DNA of 64,000 nt, from positions 1 through 64,000 of IMG/VR virus record IMGVR_UViG_3300035137_000026. The stretch is one strand, 5' to 3'. A model generated the notes under the pieces. That model did not search any database. It saw only the letters and a list, made by a program, of their open reading frames with translations, and was not told the DNA's origin. Shown piece by piece: positions 1-8,693 of this stretch; within the stretch, counting starts at the first letter, position 1; each line of letters starts with the position of its first letter. Position numbers and translations under genes: made by a program. The stretch is from a virus.

Positions 1-16
1 ATTCATACACTGTCTT

Positions 17-692
17 CTAATGTAAATCGTCTACAAAACCACGCTTATATTTATCAAACTTCATCTTATTATTTGTACGGTGGTCTTTAACCTGATTATC
101 GAAGACACGTATGGTTCTAATCTTATCGCCCCTCATACCAGAACCAATCTGTCCTTTTCTCTTCTTGTTTTCCTTGTTTTGAAGCTCAGCTTCTTTGGCC
201 TCAAGTAGTTTTGCTTTTAGAAGAGAAAGTGCTGATTCTTTATTCTGATGCTGGCTTCTTTCTGATTCACAGCGAACAATTATGTCCCCATATTTTATTT
301 GGACGGCTGAATCAGTGACGTTTCGATGTTGTCCACCCGTACCTGATCCCCTGCATTTGGAGATCTCTAGCCTGCTGTGGTCTAATAATATTTCAGTGTT
401 AGTAGGTTCTCTTAGAACTGCAATTGTGATGGTGGATGTATGGCGCCGGCCTCGTCGTTCGGTGGGAGGTATACGCTGCCATCTATGTCCTCCAGCTTCA
501 TGTCTAAAGGCATCGTAGGCATCCTTACCTGTTACTTGAAAGCATATAAAACCCGGACGGGTCTCGAGAAGTAGGAGGCTAAAGCCCCCTCCGGTAACAG
601 TACCTAGAGTAGATAGCTAGCTGATCGTTGACGAGGAGCTTAGCATCCTCTCCACCTTCAGCTGCACGTAGTTCTACAATAATGTTAGACAT
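17..692 (-). CDS. Peptide chain release factor, RF1-like (lacks N-terminal domain 1), expressed through a programmed +1 frameshift; about 224 aa
   Basis: ORF0 692-579 reads MSNIIVELRAAEGGEDAKLLV...RRGL*. The +1 frame continues ...EAGGHRWQRIPPTERRGRRHTSTITIAV...SGTGGQHRNVTDSAV...ERSQHQNK...GSGMRGDKIRT...DHR to TAG at 19-17. PxT and GGQ motifs present; length 676 nt = 3n+1. Confidence 0.9.
578..592 (-). promoter_or_regulatory. +1 ribosomal frameshift signal GGAGG-GGG-CTT-TAG-C
   Basis: Internal SD-like GGAGG, 3-nt spacer, slippery CTT-T, stop codon, then C. Same layout as prfB CTT-TGA-C but with TAG. Confidence 0.82.
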
Positions 693-705
693 AATGTCCT
701 CCTTG

Positions 706-779
706 AGCCGGCGGCTGGATTCGAACCAGCGACCTGATGCTTACGAGGCAACTGCTCTAGCCTACTGAGCTACACCGGC
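706..779 (-). tRNA. tRNA-Thr(CGT)
   Basis: Cloverleaf GCCGGTG/CGCCGGC, loop CTCGTAA, T-loop TTCGAAT; no encoded CCA. Confidence 0.9.
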
Positions 780-795
780 CTAACAAGCTACTATT

Positions 796-2235
796 TTACT
801 TGTATATATCAGAGATATCAACAGTATCGTTTCTTGTGGCCATGTCGTATAGTATATCTATATTAGTGTGGCCAAACTCTATCTGGTAGTTGTATGCTTT
901 CTCAAGGATCGGACCAAACTTCACCCCAGGTTTCATGCCCCGCTCAATTAGGTGTCGTACCATAAGGATGGGCTTGATCTCTGAAGCTGGGCTGCCTAGT
1001 TCTCTATGGACTTCCATCGTTTTGATAAAGACTGGGTCCTCTTTGCCAAGTCTCTCTGCCTTTCTACCACGTCCATCACCGTCAGCAATAGAAACATAAG
1101 CAAGAATATTAAGAGGGCATACATTCTGCAGCCGTCTCCATGTAGCCCTTCGGGGACTGCTCTTCAATAATAGCCGGGGCCTCATGTGTACCTTGACTAT
1201 GGCACACACCTTATTTATTAGGTCCTGGTTTGTAGTTAGCCGCTTCATGAAGGCTCGAGCTAAAGGCTCGCCTTCCTTGTCGTGGTTAATGCTGGTAAGA
1301 TGGCCCTTCTCCTTATCGAATCTGGTGGCCACAGCCTTACCTACATCATGTAGGAGCATACCCCACATGAATGGTAGCCTCCACTCCTCAGGCAACTCAT
1401 CTCTGTATCTAGCAGCCTTGTCTACTACCATGAGGGTGTGAACCCAGGCATCGCCTTCAGGATGCCACTTCTCCCACTGCTTGCAGCCAATTAGGGTTTC
1501 TAGCTCGGGAAATAGTCTTATCATGCAGGGGTTGTCGTATATGTCCTCAGACTCTGTTCTGCCCATCTGCTTGAGGCCAATAGATGGCTGGTCTGCTAGC
1601 ATGAGGAGCTTGTTCATCTCACCTAGGATTACGTCTCCTGTGAGATGCTTTAGGCTCTCATGCATGCTACAGACTAGCCGGTGCAGTCCAATAGTCCAAG
1701 ACCTAGCCTTACGTGCCACTAGTTGGACAGCTCTGAATGCTCTGAGTGGGTCCTCTGTGAAGGTGGTTTTGTCTACTGGGTGTAACTTGCCAAAACGTAG
1801 GTTGTCCATTCCATCGAAGGGGTCAAGGAATATACCAGTCTCAATGTCATAAGAGATAGCATTGATCGTAAAGTCTCTTCGTCTGGCAGCCTCTTTGACT
1901 GACATATCAGGGACTAGCTCAATGTCAAAGTCTTTATGCTTAGGGCCTGTATGGTTGTCCCAGCGGGGCACAGAAAGCTCAATGTCTATGCCGTTGTGTA
2001 CAACCTTCACGACTCCAAACTTCTGACCGATGAGGTCTGCCTTACCGGCGATCTCTTCGGCTGATTCCAGAAGTTTTTGGTAGCTTAGGCCGAATACCTC
2101 AAGGTCCCAGTCCTTGATATCTCTGCCCTGGATGAGGTCTACCACGCCTCCACCTACTAGGTAGGCCTTCCCGCCTTGGTCTCTGATATCATAGACTAGG
2201 CTGAATACTTCCTCTGGTATATTATAAGCCGTCAT
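796..2235 (-). CDS. cca: CCA-adding tRNA nucleotidyltransferase with HD phosphatase domain
   Basis: YLVGGGVVD, DWDLEV, RRDFTINA, EDPLR, H...LLHDVGK, HD motifs; start MTAYN overlaps the upstream stop (ATGA). Confidence 0.92.
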   Translation of the reverse strand: MTAYNIPEEVFSLVYDIRDQGGKAYLVGGGVVDLIQGRDIKDWDLEVFGLSYQKLLESAEEIAGKADLIGQKFGVVKVVHNGIDIELSVPRWDNHTGPKHKDFDIELVPDMSVKEAARRRDFTINAISYDIETGIFLDPFDGMDNLRFGKLHPVDKTTFTEDPLRAFRAVQLVARKARSWTIGLHRLVCSMHESLKHLTGDVILGEMNKLLMLADQPSIGLKQMGRTESEDIYDNPCMIRLFPELETLIGCKQWEKWHPEGDAWVHTLMVVDKAARYRDELPEEWRLPFMWGMLLHDVGKAVATRFDKEKGHLTSINHDKEGEPLARAFMKRLTTNQDLINKVCAIVKVHMRPRLLLKSSPRRATWRRLQNVCPLNILAYVSIADGDGRGRKAERLGKEDPVFIKTMEVHRELGSPASEIKPILMVRHLIERGMKPGVKFGPILEKAYNYQIEFGHTNIDILYDMATRNDTVDISDIYK

Positions 2236-2468
2236 GTCCTCAGCTGGCTTCCGATAGCCTCGGTAACCTGGTTTACCTTGCGAGCATCTCCCCAAACAGT
2301 GACGGTAAATACGGTCATAATCAGGAAGTTGTCTTCCTTATACTCAATCTTGAGTATATTGGGGGATCTCTTAGGCTCATCTAGCCAGCTGTCCAGCATT
2401 TGCTTGGCCTTCTTGGCGGCCCAGATTGGCACGGTAAATTGGGTTTCTTTTCCTACTGGTGACTTCAT
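2232..2468 (-). CDS. hypothetical protein
   Basis: ORF translationally coupled to its neighbours. Confidence 0.6.
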   Translation of the reverse strand: MKSPVGKETQFTVPIWAAKKAKQMLDSWLDEPKRSPNILKIEYKEDNFLIMTVFTVTVWGDARKVNQVTEAIGSQLRT

Positions 2469-2698
2469 TTTAACTGGTCCTCAACTGCTGAGCAGGGGAC
2501 TCTACTCATTCCTATACCACTCTGGCTTACATTGGCAGTCTTTCTGCTTGCAACTATGGCAAAGCATAGACCTGTTCTGTGGTCCTGAGTGTAAGTAATC
2601 TTGCTGGCAAAGCTGGCAGCTTCTTCTTTGCCGAATTTGCTGGGGTTTATATCGCAGCTGGCTAAAAGTAATGTAGCTATTAGTAATACTTTCTTCAT
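2465..2698 (-). CDS. putative lipoprotein
   Basis: N-terminal MKKVLLIATLLLASC lipobox. Confidence 0.6.
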   Translation of the reverse strand: MKKVLLIATLLLASCDINPSKFGKEEAASFASKITYTQDHRTGLCFAIVASRKTANVSQSGIGMSRVPCSAVEDQLK

Positions 2699-3180
2699 TA
2701 TCCTCGCTCCATTGCAATGTTGTAGTTTTGGAATGCTGGGTCGTAGGTGACCTCTGCCTCTATGGGCAACCCTAGGCAGTTAGGATCGAAGGCTAGTGCT
2801 TGCTCCACAGAAGTGAACTCTATCTCTAGTAGCTCGATGTCAAGGCCATGGAAGTGATCCAGGTCAAACTTTAATCCGTCCTTAATCCAGGACGTCCTGC
2901 GTTTCCGGATTCCTCGAGACTCGTTGTGTTCAGCGATCTTATTGAATACCCATTCGGGGACTTCTGCTTTCCATTCGTGGCGAGAGAACTTACTCCTGGT
3001 GGCAGCCTTAAGGTTTACCATGAAGGTAGTTCTTACGCCGGGGATAGTGTCACGGCGCACACGGATGCTATTAGGGAGATAATACTGGATTATCTCGTGG
3101 TGATCGGGGCAGATGCCAAGCTCCTTGAGCTTGTGGCGGTCGATCTCCCATTTGAGTACAAACTTCCTTTCGATTTTCAT
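2698..3180 (-). CDS. CYTH-domain protein (triphosphatase/adenylate cyclase-like)
   Basis: IERKF start, IRVRR, FDLDHF, LLEIEF motifs. Confidence 0.8.
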   Translation of the reverse strand: MKIERKFVLKWEIDRHKLKELGICPDHHEIIQYYLPNSIRVRRDTIPGVRTTFMVNLKAATRSKFSRHEWKAEVPEWVFNKIAEHNESRGIRKRRTSWIKDGLKFDLDHFHGLDIELLEIEFTSVEQALAFDPNCLGLPIEAEVTYDPAFQNYNIAMERG

Positions 3181-3193
3181 ACTGTTCTCCTAG

Positions 3194-3280
3194 AGGAGGA
3201 GGAGAGATTCGAACTCTCGGGCCGGTTTCCCGACCACTCCCTTAGCAAGAGAGCACCTTAAACCACTCGGTCACTCCTTC
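3194..3280 (-). tRNA. tRNA-Ser(GCT)
   Basis: Long variable arm, loop TTGCTAA; A2-C71 mismatch, T discriminator. Confidence 0.85.
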
Positions 3281-3458
3281 AAATTTCCTTCCTTATCTGT
3301 TACAATCAGGAAGAGATTGTGTACCACAACTAGTGACCAAATGATGAAGTTGAATACTAACTTACTCTTTATAGCCTTTGGGTCTGCCTACTTGCAGAGA
3401 GTACAACAATAGTAGCCGCCAAGTATAAAGAATATTACACACAAACTGATGAGGATTA

Positions 3459-4013
3459 TCATAGATTACCTCGTAGCATCATGGTGTGAACATATGGATC
3501 CTTGCAAGCCAACATAATCTTACGGTTCACCCAGGCTGCATACTCCTTCTTCTCGTGGTTATTGCCGTCGCCCTTGGCTGTCTGTTGCTTATCCCTGCTA
3601 TAGATCCTTACTGCATATAAATGCAGTTGTGTGCATGAGGCTTTCATTGGATTGACTACACCTAGGAACCGGAACCTGTCTTCGGGGATGTTATATCCTC
3701 CTTCTTCCAGCAGCTCCATCTTAGCATGGTACCTAGGCTTACCAGTCTCACATGCTCCTGTGATGACAGATGCCTGGTGTAGCAAGTCCGTCATATGTGC
3801 TGGATTCAGCTCGAATCTTGACAGAAACTCTGGCTTAAAGGCAACGGGCATACCTGCTGCCTGCTCTGTCTCATGATCCCTCCTGAGACGGTAGGGTAAG
3901 ACAGCTACGGCCAGGTTATCCTTGGACTGCGATGGCTCACTAGCGTGGAACCATCCGTTAAGCTCTACGATTCTAAGCCAGCCTGTATCATGTAGGACTT
4001 TACGCTTTGGCAT
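3459..4013 (-). CDS. Nudix hydrolase (ADP-ribose pyrophosphatase-like)
   Basis: AVAVLPY and variant Nudix box GACETGKPRYHAKMELLEEGGY; probable start MPKRK. Confidence 0.7.
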   Translation of the reverse strand: MPKRKVLHDTGWLRIVELNGWFHASEPSQSKDNLAVAVLPYRLRRDHETEQAAGMPVAFKPEFLSRFELNPAHMTDLLHQASVITGACETGKPRYHAKMELLEEGGYNIPEDRFRFLGVVNPMKASCTQLHLYAVRIYSRDKQQTAKGDGNNHEKKEYAAWVNRKIMLACKDPYVHTMMLRGNL

Positions 4014-4425
4014 TGCAAACTGCCTCTCTGATGTCTGGATGTACCTGCCAGTCGGGCCAACCATTTCTCTTAAGTGCTCGTTGGATCCCGAGTGCTGTCT
4101 TAAGGTGCCGTGGGCTTCTCCAGTAGCAGTAGCTGCCTTGGTTCCCACGGGTGGGCTTGATTGTAACGGGCTCGTGCCCGTTATGGAACTGTGTAGCGGT
4201 AATGTCCACTATCCTGCCCTGGCACTTGATGTAGGCATGATTATTCGTGAGACAGTACGTTGGCTGTAGGCCAGCCCGCTCTAGCCTTTTGAACAACTCA
4301 TATGAGGCAAGCCCACACATTCCGGCAAGGGTCTCGCTGAACCCCATCCGGTGCTTTAGTCTGTATTTTTCAGCCCACTTTCTGGTATTGTCGGCAATAC
4401 GTTTTACTCTAAAGACTGGATCCAT
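4000..4425 (-). CDS. hypothetical protein, possible papain/transglutaminase-like fold
   Basis: GMCGLAS...HAY...IVDITATQF suggests a Cys-His-Asp triad. Confidence 0.4.
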   Translation of the reverse strand: MDPVFRVKRIADNTRKWAEKYRLKHRMGFSETLAGMCGLASYELFKRLERAGLQPTYCLTNNHAYIKCQGRIVDITATQFHNGHEPVTIKPTRGNQGSYCYWRSPRHLKTALGIQRALKRNGWPDWQVHPDIREAVCNAKA

Positions 4426-4444
4426 TACTTGTCCTTTACTTTAG

Positions 4445-4515
4445 CGGGGTAAATGAGAATCGAACTCGCCTTTCTGGATCGACAGTCCGGGGCCTTCCCA
4501 GATGACTACTACCTC
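4445..4515 (-). tRNA. tRNA-Asp(GTC), degenerate
   Basis: Loop CTGTCGA, G73; A-C mismatches in acceptor, anticodon and T stems. Confidence 0.75.
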
Positions 4516-4706
4516 ATACGGGCTAGTTCTCTTAATAATGCTGCTAGGTACTCCCTGCTTCTACTATCAGTTGGGATGATTGGCTGCTCAAAGTAGTTTG
4601 CAGCCTCGACTTCATGTGCTAGCTCCTTGGCAGCCTCCTCTATTGTTTTGTGTTTGGAGGCCCACAGGTTAAGTATACTCTCAATTTTAGTCTTGGATGG
4701 TGCCAA
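4509..4706 (-). CDS. hypothetical protein
   Basis: ORF track, co-oriented. Confidence 0.5.
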   Translation of the reverse strand: MAPSKTKIESILNLWASKHKTIEEAAKELAHEVEAANYFEQPIIPTDSRSREYLAALLRELARMR

Positions 4707-4898
4707 TGTACAAGCTCCCTAGATATCGGCGGCTGAGATTTCCCTGCATGTCTCGTATATCCAGTGCTTGGTCTCGTCTTCAGCAAGTTCCTCTGAAGCT
4801 GAGTCCAGTCCATATGTCACCGGGCATAGCTCGGAGTCTTCTACCCCACACCATTCACACTTCTTCCTTAGCATTGTTGTCCCCTTACTTCTATTCTG

Positions 4899-4970
4899 CT
4901 AAGGTAGGTGGATTTGAACCACCGATGCCGGATTCAGAGTCCGGTGCTCTGTCATGTGAGCTACGGCCCA
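4899..4970 (-). tRNA. tRNA-Gln(CTG) with poorly paired acceptor stem
   Basis: Perfect D, anticodon (CCGGA-CTCTGAA-TCCGG) and T arms; acceptor TGGGCCG/TACCTTA is mismatched. Confidence 0.75.
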
Positions 4971-5251
4971 ATAAACTCTTTCCTAAACCTGTTTATAGCA
5001 TCAATCTGTTTTTGATGCTCGGCTACCCACCCGTCTAGCATTTCATTTGTAACTAGCTGGCAATATGGAATGTCACATTCACTCTTGCCTCTACGCCTTT
5101 TCATGTTGCTTGTGCAAATCTGCTCAAGGACGGTAAGTCCGTTACTGGATAGGCCTGGTATAGTGTCTATCTTAGTAATACGGTGAAGGCCAGCCTTGTA
5201 CCCGGTTACGATGTCTCCGACCTGGAGGTCCTTGTAGTGTTTCATTCCCAA
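4961..5251 (-). CDS. hypothetical protein
   Basis: ORF track. Confidence 0.55.
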   Translation of the reverse strand: MGMKHYKDLQVGDIVTGYKAGLHRITKIDTIPGLSSNGLTVLEQICTSNMKRRRGKSECDIPYCQLVTNEMLDGWVAEHQKQIDAINRFRKEFIGP

Positions 5252-5478
5252 GCCTTAATCCTCTCTCTAAGCTTCTTGGATATGACAAACCATCGCCAGC
5301 CACTTAAAATATTACTCTGCTTTACTGCGGTACGGAGCGACTCTACCATATTCTCATGGTTGTGGGTGAATTTAGCACCTTCATCCACAAGAGCCCACGT
5401 CTCTGGCTGGGTAAGATACCTACCGAAGTGCTCATGGTGACGACTTACGGAGAGCCGATTGGAGTGTGCTTGCTACCG

Positions 5479-5847
5479 TTATGCCTTGGTATACATAGCA
5501 TGGATGTTCTTAAAGCTGGCGGTCCAGCTCCACTCATCTTGGATGAGATTTCTGAACTCTGTTTCTGTAAGGCCTATCTCTTCCTTAATCTCCCACTCAA
5601 ACATCTTGATATACCTGTCATAGTCATCCAGGTTATGGGCCGGGCGGTTGATCCTAACGTCTAACTCGAACTCTTCATCCTGTGGAGTTATTGTCAGCCT
5701 GGTAAGGTTTTCTTGCAGCTTGTCTATCATTGCTGACTTATAGCCTCCCAGTGCTTCGAGGTACTCTCTCTCATGGGCAGCACGGTTCTCTCTAAGAGCC
5801 TCAAGTAGCTTGTCCTTCTTAACCATAATTATTCTCTCGTTATACAT
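5479..5847 (-). CDS. hypothetical protein
   Basis: ORF track, coupled to the upstream gene. Confidence 0.65.
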   Translation of the reverse strand: MYNERIIMVKKDKLLEALRENRAAHEREYLEALGGYKSAMIDKLQENLTRLTITPQDEEFELDVRINRPAHNLDDYDRYIKMFEWEIKEEIGLTETEFRNLIQDEWSWTASFKNIHAMYTKA

Positions 5848-6082
5848 GGTGTTGTTCCTTCCCTAATGCCTTAAGTATACGTCCTATTGACTTCATAGAC
5901 ATAATGAATGTTGTTGCTTGCATGTTTGTACCTTTCTTGGATAACTGCTCAGCATCTCGTACAAAGTTAATAAACTTTATGAATGTAGAGTTGTCGCCGC
6001 CACCAAACGTGTCCAGTATCCGAACTAATGCGTCAGTAAGAGCGGCGTCTTCCATCTCTATGAACCTAGTATCAGAGTTCAT
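5840..6082 (-). CDS. hypothetical protein
   Basis: ORF track. Confidence 0.55.
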   Translation of the reverse strand: MNSDTRFIEMEDAALTDALVRILDTFGGGDNSTFIKFINFVRDAEQLSKKGTNMQATTFIMSMKSIGRILKALGKEQHHV

Positions 6083-6807
6083 TTAATGCCTGCTGATCGC
6101 ATAATATTGTGCTGCTCAGTAGTGCTCAGTGTCTTATAAGTGGCAGAGAGTGCTACATGAGCGAGTTCATGATAAGTCAGGCTGAGCGTGCGGCTCTCGC
6201 CTAGTATTGGGTTGAGTGATCCCCATTCCCATTCTATCTCACACCATTGGCTACGGGTAATACCTCTGCATCGTTGAACTATGTTGTGCCACACCCGCTT
6301 GATCGTGCCGGGTCTACAGAATGTTACGAACGTGATTGGCTGCCATGCTCCTCTTGATACTACAATCCCTTGCTTAAGTAGTGAGTTCCTGATCGAGTCA
6401 GTAACTGCAGTTGGTGGACACAAGAGCATACGCATCCAATGCTCAGCTGCTTGGGAGAGTGGAATTCTATCAAACCGGATTGCAATAGGAGCTTGGAACC
6501 ATACTACCTTGCGGAGCACTGTGCACCGCTGCCATAACTGTATGCCGCACCCAGCAAAGCAGATTATGGCAAGAGTAGAGGTAGTAACTAGGGAGATGGC
6601 TATGCCGGTATCTGTGTTCTGTGATGCATTGATTCCGATAAGCACAGCCAATACTATGGCTGTCAAGCCGGGAAGTATCCAGCCAAGGAAGCCCCACCGC
6701 CAGATCGGATAACGTTTACGTACTAAATCCTGGGCATGTGAGCGTGAGTCTGGCATGGATCTGCTCCTGGTGTGGTTTAATGATCCTGGCGGGATTTGAG
6801 CCCGCAA
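6079..6807 (-). CDS. hypothetical membrane protein
   Basis: Two hydrophobic segments near the N-terminus; start uncertain. Confidence 0.55.
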   Translation of the reverse strand: MRAQIPPGSLNHTRSRSMPDSRSHAQDLVRKRYPIWRWGFLGWILPGLTAIVLAVLIGINASQNTDTGIAISLVTTSTLAIICFAGCGIQLWQRCTVLRKVVWFQAPIAIRFDRIPLSQAAEHWMRMLLCPPTAVTDSIRNSLLKQGIVVSRGAWQPITFVTFCRPGTIKRVWHNIVQRCRGITRSQWCEIEWEWGSLNPILGESRTLSLTYHELAHVALSATYKTLSTTEQHNIMRSAGIK

Positions 6808-6826
6808 TTACAAGATTGAAAGCACT
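6781..6826 (-). pseudogene. tRNA 3'-half remnant (TTC loop)
   Basis: CTTTCAA..GCGGG-CTCAAAT-CCCGC-CAGGATC-A; no matching D arm or 5' acceptor strand. Confidence 0.45.
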
Positions 6827-6916
6827 GGTCTATTTTGCGTGGATTCCATGACGAAGGAGCTAGTCAGAGGCTAATCCAAAAGCATGTCTCCTATGCATAT
6901 GGCAGACTTTTTGTAT

Positions 6917-7345
6917 CTAGTACAGCCCTGGCTTCGACTGCATACTGCTTTCAGTGACCCGTGGGAGAATTAAACTCCCGCCTTCAGCATGAAGATTACC
7001 GTGAACTTCTCTGTGACAACTAGAACATAGTAGTATACATTTATCTAACTCTTTTCTTAACTTATCCATAAACTTGTATCGTCTAAATTTAGCAAAGTTA
7101 AAGTCCTTCTGTGTGGGATCTTTATGATGAAAGTCTAGTGCACCTGAGTATTTATCATATCCACATAGCTTGCAGCTTCTACCAAGGTATTCAATACACT
7201 GTTCCTTTAGCTTTCTGCGCCGTTCTGTTATGGCTAGGTTCTGGCAGTCTTTGCAGTAGGAGGCTTGCTCCTTACCTCTCTTGCCATTTCTATAATAGAA
7301 ATCCGATAATGGCTTAGTCTTTTTGCATCTTCCACATTGTTTCAT
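6917..7345 (-). CDS. HNH homing endonuclease
   Basis: CxxC...CxxC, CKLCGY, LDFHHKDP, CILLCSSCHREVH; C-terminus reads through a tRNA 3' half. Confidence 0.9.
   Translation of the reverse strand: MKQCGRCKKTKPLSDFYYRNGKRGKEQASYCKDCQNLAITERRRKLKEQCIEYLGRSCKLCGYDKYSGALDFHHKDPTQKDFNFAKFRRYKFMDKLRKELDKCILLCSSCHREVHGNLHAEGGSLILPRVTESSMQSKPGLY
6955..6994 (-). pseudogene. tRNA 3' half (Glu-like) inside the HNH C-terminus
   Basis: CTTCAT-GCTGA-AGGC-GGGAG-TTTAATT-CTCCC-ACGGGTC-A. Confidence 0.55.
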
Positions 7346-7369
7346 CTACTAAGTACATAATATCTTAGT

Positions 7370-7407
7370 GTTGAAATCAAGTGGCTTAGCCATTAGCCCA
7401 CGGGGCC
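7370..7407 (-). pseudogene. tRNA 5' half upstream of HNH
   Basis: GGCCCCG-TG-GGCTAATGGCTAAGCC-A-CTTGA-TTTCAAC, then loss of pairing. Confidence 0.6.
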
Positions 7408-7613
7408 ATTATCTTATTTAGTGCGATTTGCTATCTCTAATCTAATTTTCTTCTCTACTCCGTAGACAATATATATGTCGCCTATCTCTGGGATCTCTAC
7501 TTCATTAAGCCATTGAGTTACTTCTTCTTCTGTATTTTTAATGGTGGTCTCATGTTCGTTCATATCGAAGATAAAATACTTCTTTTCCATGACTGTCCTT
7601 CTGTATGGATTTG

Positions 7614-7686
7614 TGGCACCGACTGGAGTTGAACCAGTTACGCCCGCATTTTCAGTGCGGCGCTCTACCAGTTGAGCTACGGTGCC
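7614..7686 (-). tRNA. tRNA-Phe(GAA)
   Basis: Canonical cloverleaf, loop CTGAAAA. Confidence 0.95.
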
Positions 7687-8103
7687 AGGAAAGAACCATC
7701 ACGGCTTTCAGGTTCTTATGCTTCTTATTCTCACTAGCATTTTTGTGAGCTGTCCGAACGATTGCTAATCGTAGAAGCTAAAGAGAGTACTGGGTCATAG
7801 GTTATGTGAATGTCTTCTCTTGGGTGCGGCCGAAACCTACCAAGAGCGAGTGATACAACCAGATCTAGATTCCCACCTGTAAAACTATCCAGATCCCTTT
7901 CGTCTCTTGTCGGCTTGGGTGGGCTTAAACCACCAATCTCAGATTTTATCATACAATCATCGCAAAGATCAAGTACTTTTGTGCTATCTGCCACGGGAAT
8001 TCCGAGTTGGTCAAGGAGATCTTGCTTGAGTGTTATTGCTGCACTTTTCTTAGAGCTAGTACCAGAGGAACCGAATACTCTACCGCACAGATCGCAAGAA
8101 ATT

Positions 8104-8442
8104 TCAATCCTTGCTGGTATATTCTTTCTTGTCATCTTCTACCTCTTCAATCCCTAGTTCTTGTACGCTCAGGGCCTTGCGGCGAATCATCTCGAGGAAC
8201 TCCCCTGTCCTGCTCTGCTTTGCCACCCGAGCGCCCCGCGCCACGGCTAGTTTCTGGCGCTTCTGGAGCTTCCGGCCAGCCTCGAGGGTCACCTGGAAGC
8301 TCTTCTTGGCCTCATCTATATCAACACCCAGCTCGGCGAGCTTGGTGCGTACTTCCTCATCGCTTCCGTCGCTGATGTCGTTCAAATCAGCGAACATGCG
8401 CTCCAAAAAGGTCTTCTCCTTGTCTCGCGTAATCTTGCTCAT
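8104..8442 (-). CDS. hypothetical protein in a GC-rich patch
   Basis: ORF track; DEEVRTKLAELGVD helix. Confidence 0.55.
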   Translation of the reverse strand: MSKITRDKEKTFLERMFADLNDISDGSDEEVRTKLAELGVDIDEAKKSFQVTLEAGRKLQKRQKLAVARGARVAKQSRTGEFLEMIRRKALSVQELGIEEVEDDKKEYTSKD

Positions 8443-8693
8443 GCATCCCCTCCTATTGCCTCGTAGACCGCGTTCAGCAGGTCTGTAGGCAGATTACGCA
8501 GTATCGTCTCCAGTCTTTTTCGTGCTGCTCTATGTTGAGTCCTGGTGAGCCCCGTTGCGCTCAAGATGTCCCCTCGCTTTTCGTGTCCGTCCATATACGC
8601 CAACAACATCGACTCAACCTCTTCATCGTTCTTCTGGGTTGATTTTAGCATTGCATTTATAGCAAGACAAGAAACCATTAGAGGAGTAATCAA
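8439..8693 (-). CDS. C-terminal HTH fragment resembling sigma-factor region 4
   Basis: LLAYMDG.EKRGDILSATGLTRTQHRAARKRL resembles sigma r4 HTH; N-terminal part absent. Confidence 0.35.
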   Translation of the reverse strand: MITPLMVSCLAINAMLKSTQKNDEEVESMLLAYMDGHEKRGDILSATGLTRTQHRAARKRLETILRNLPTDLLNAVYEAIGGDA

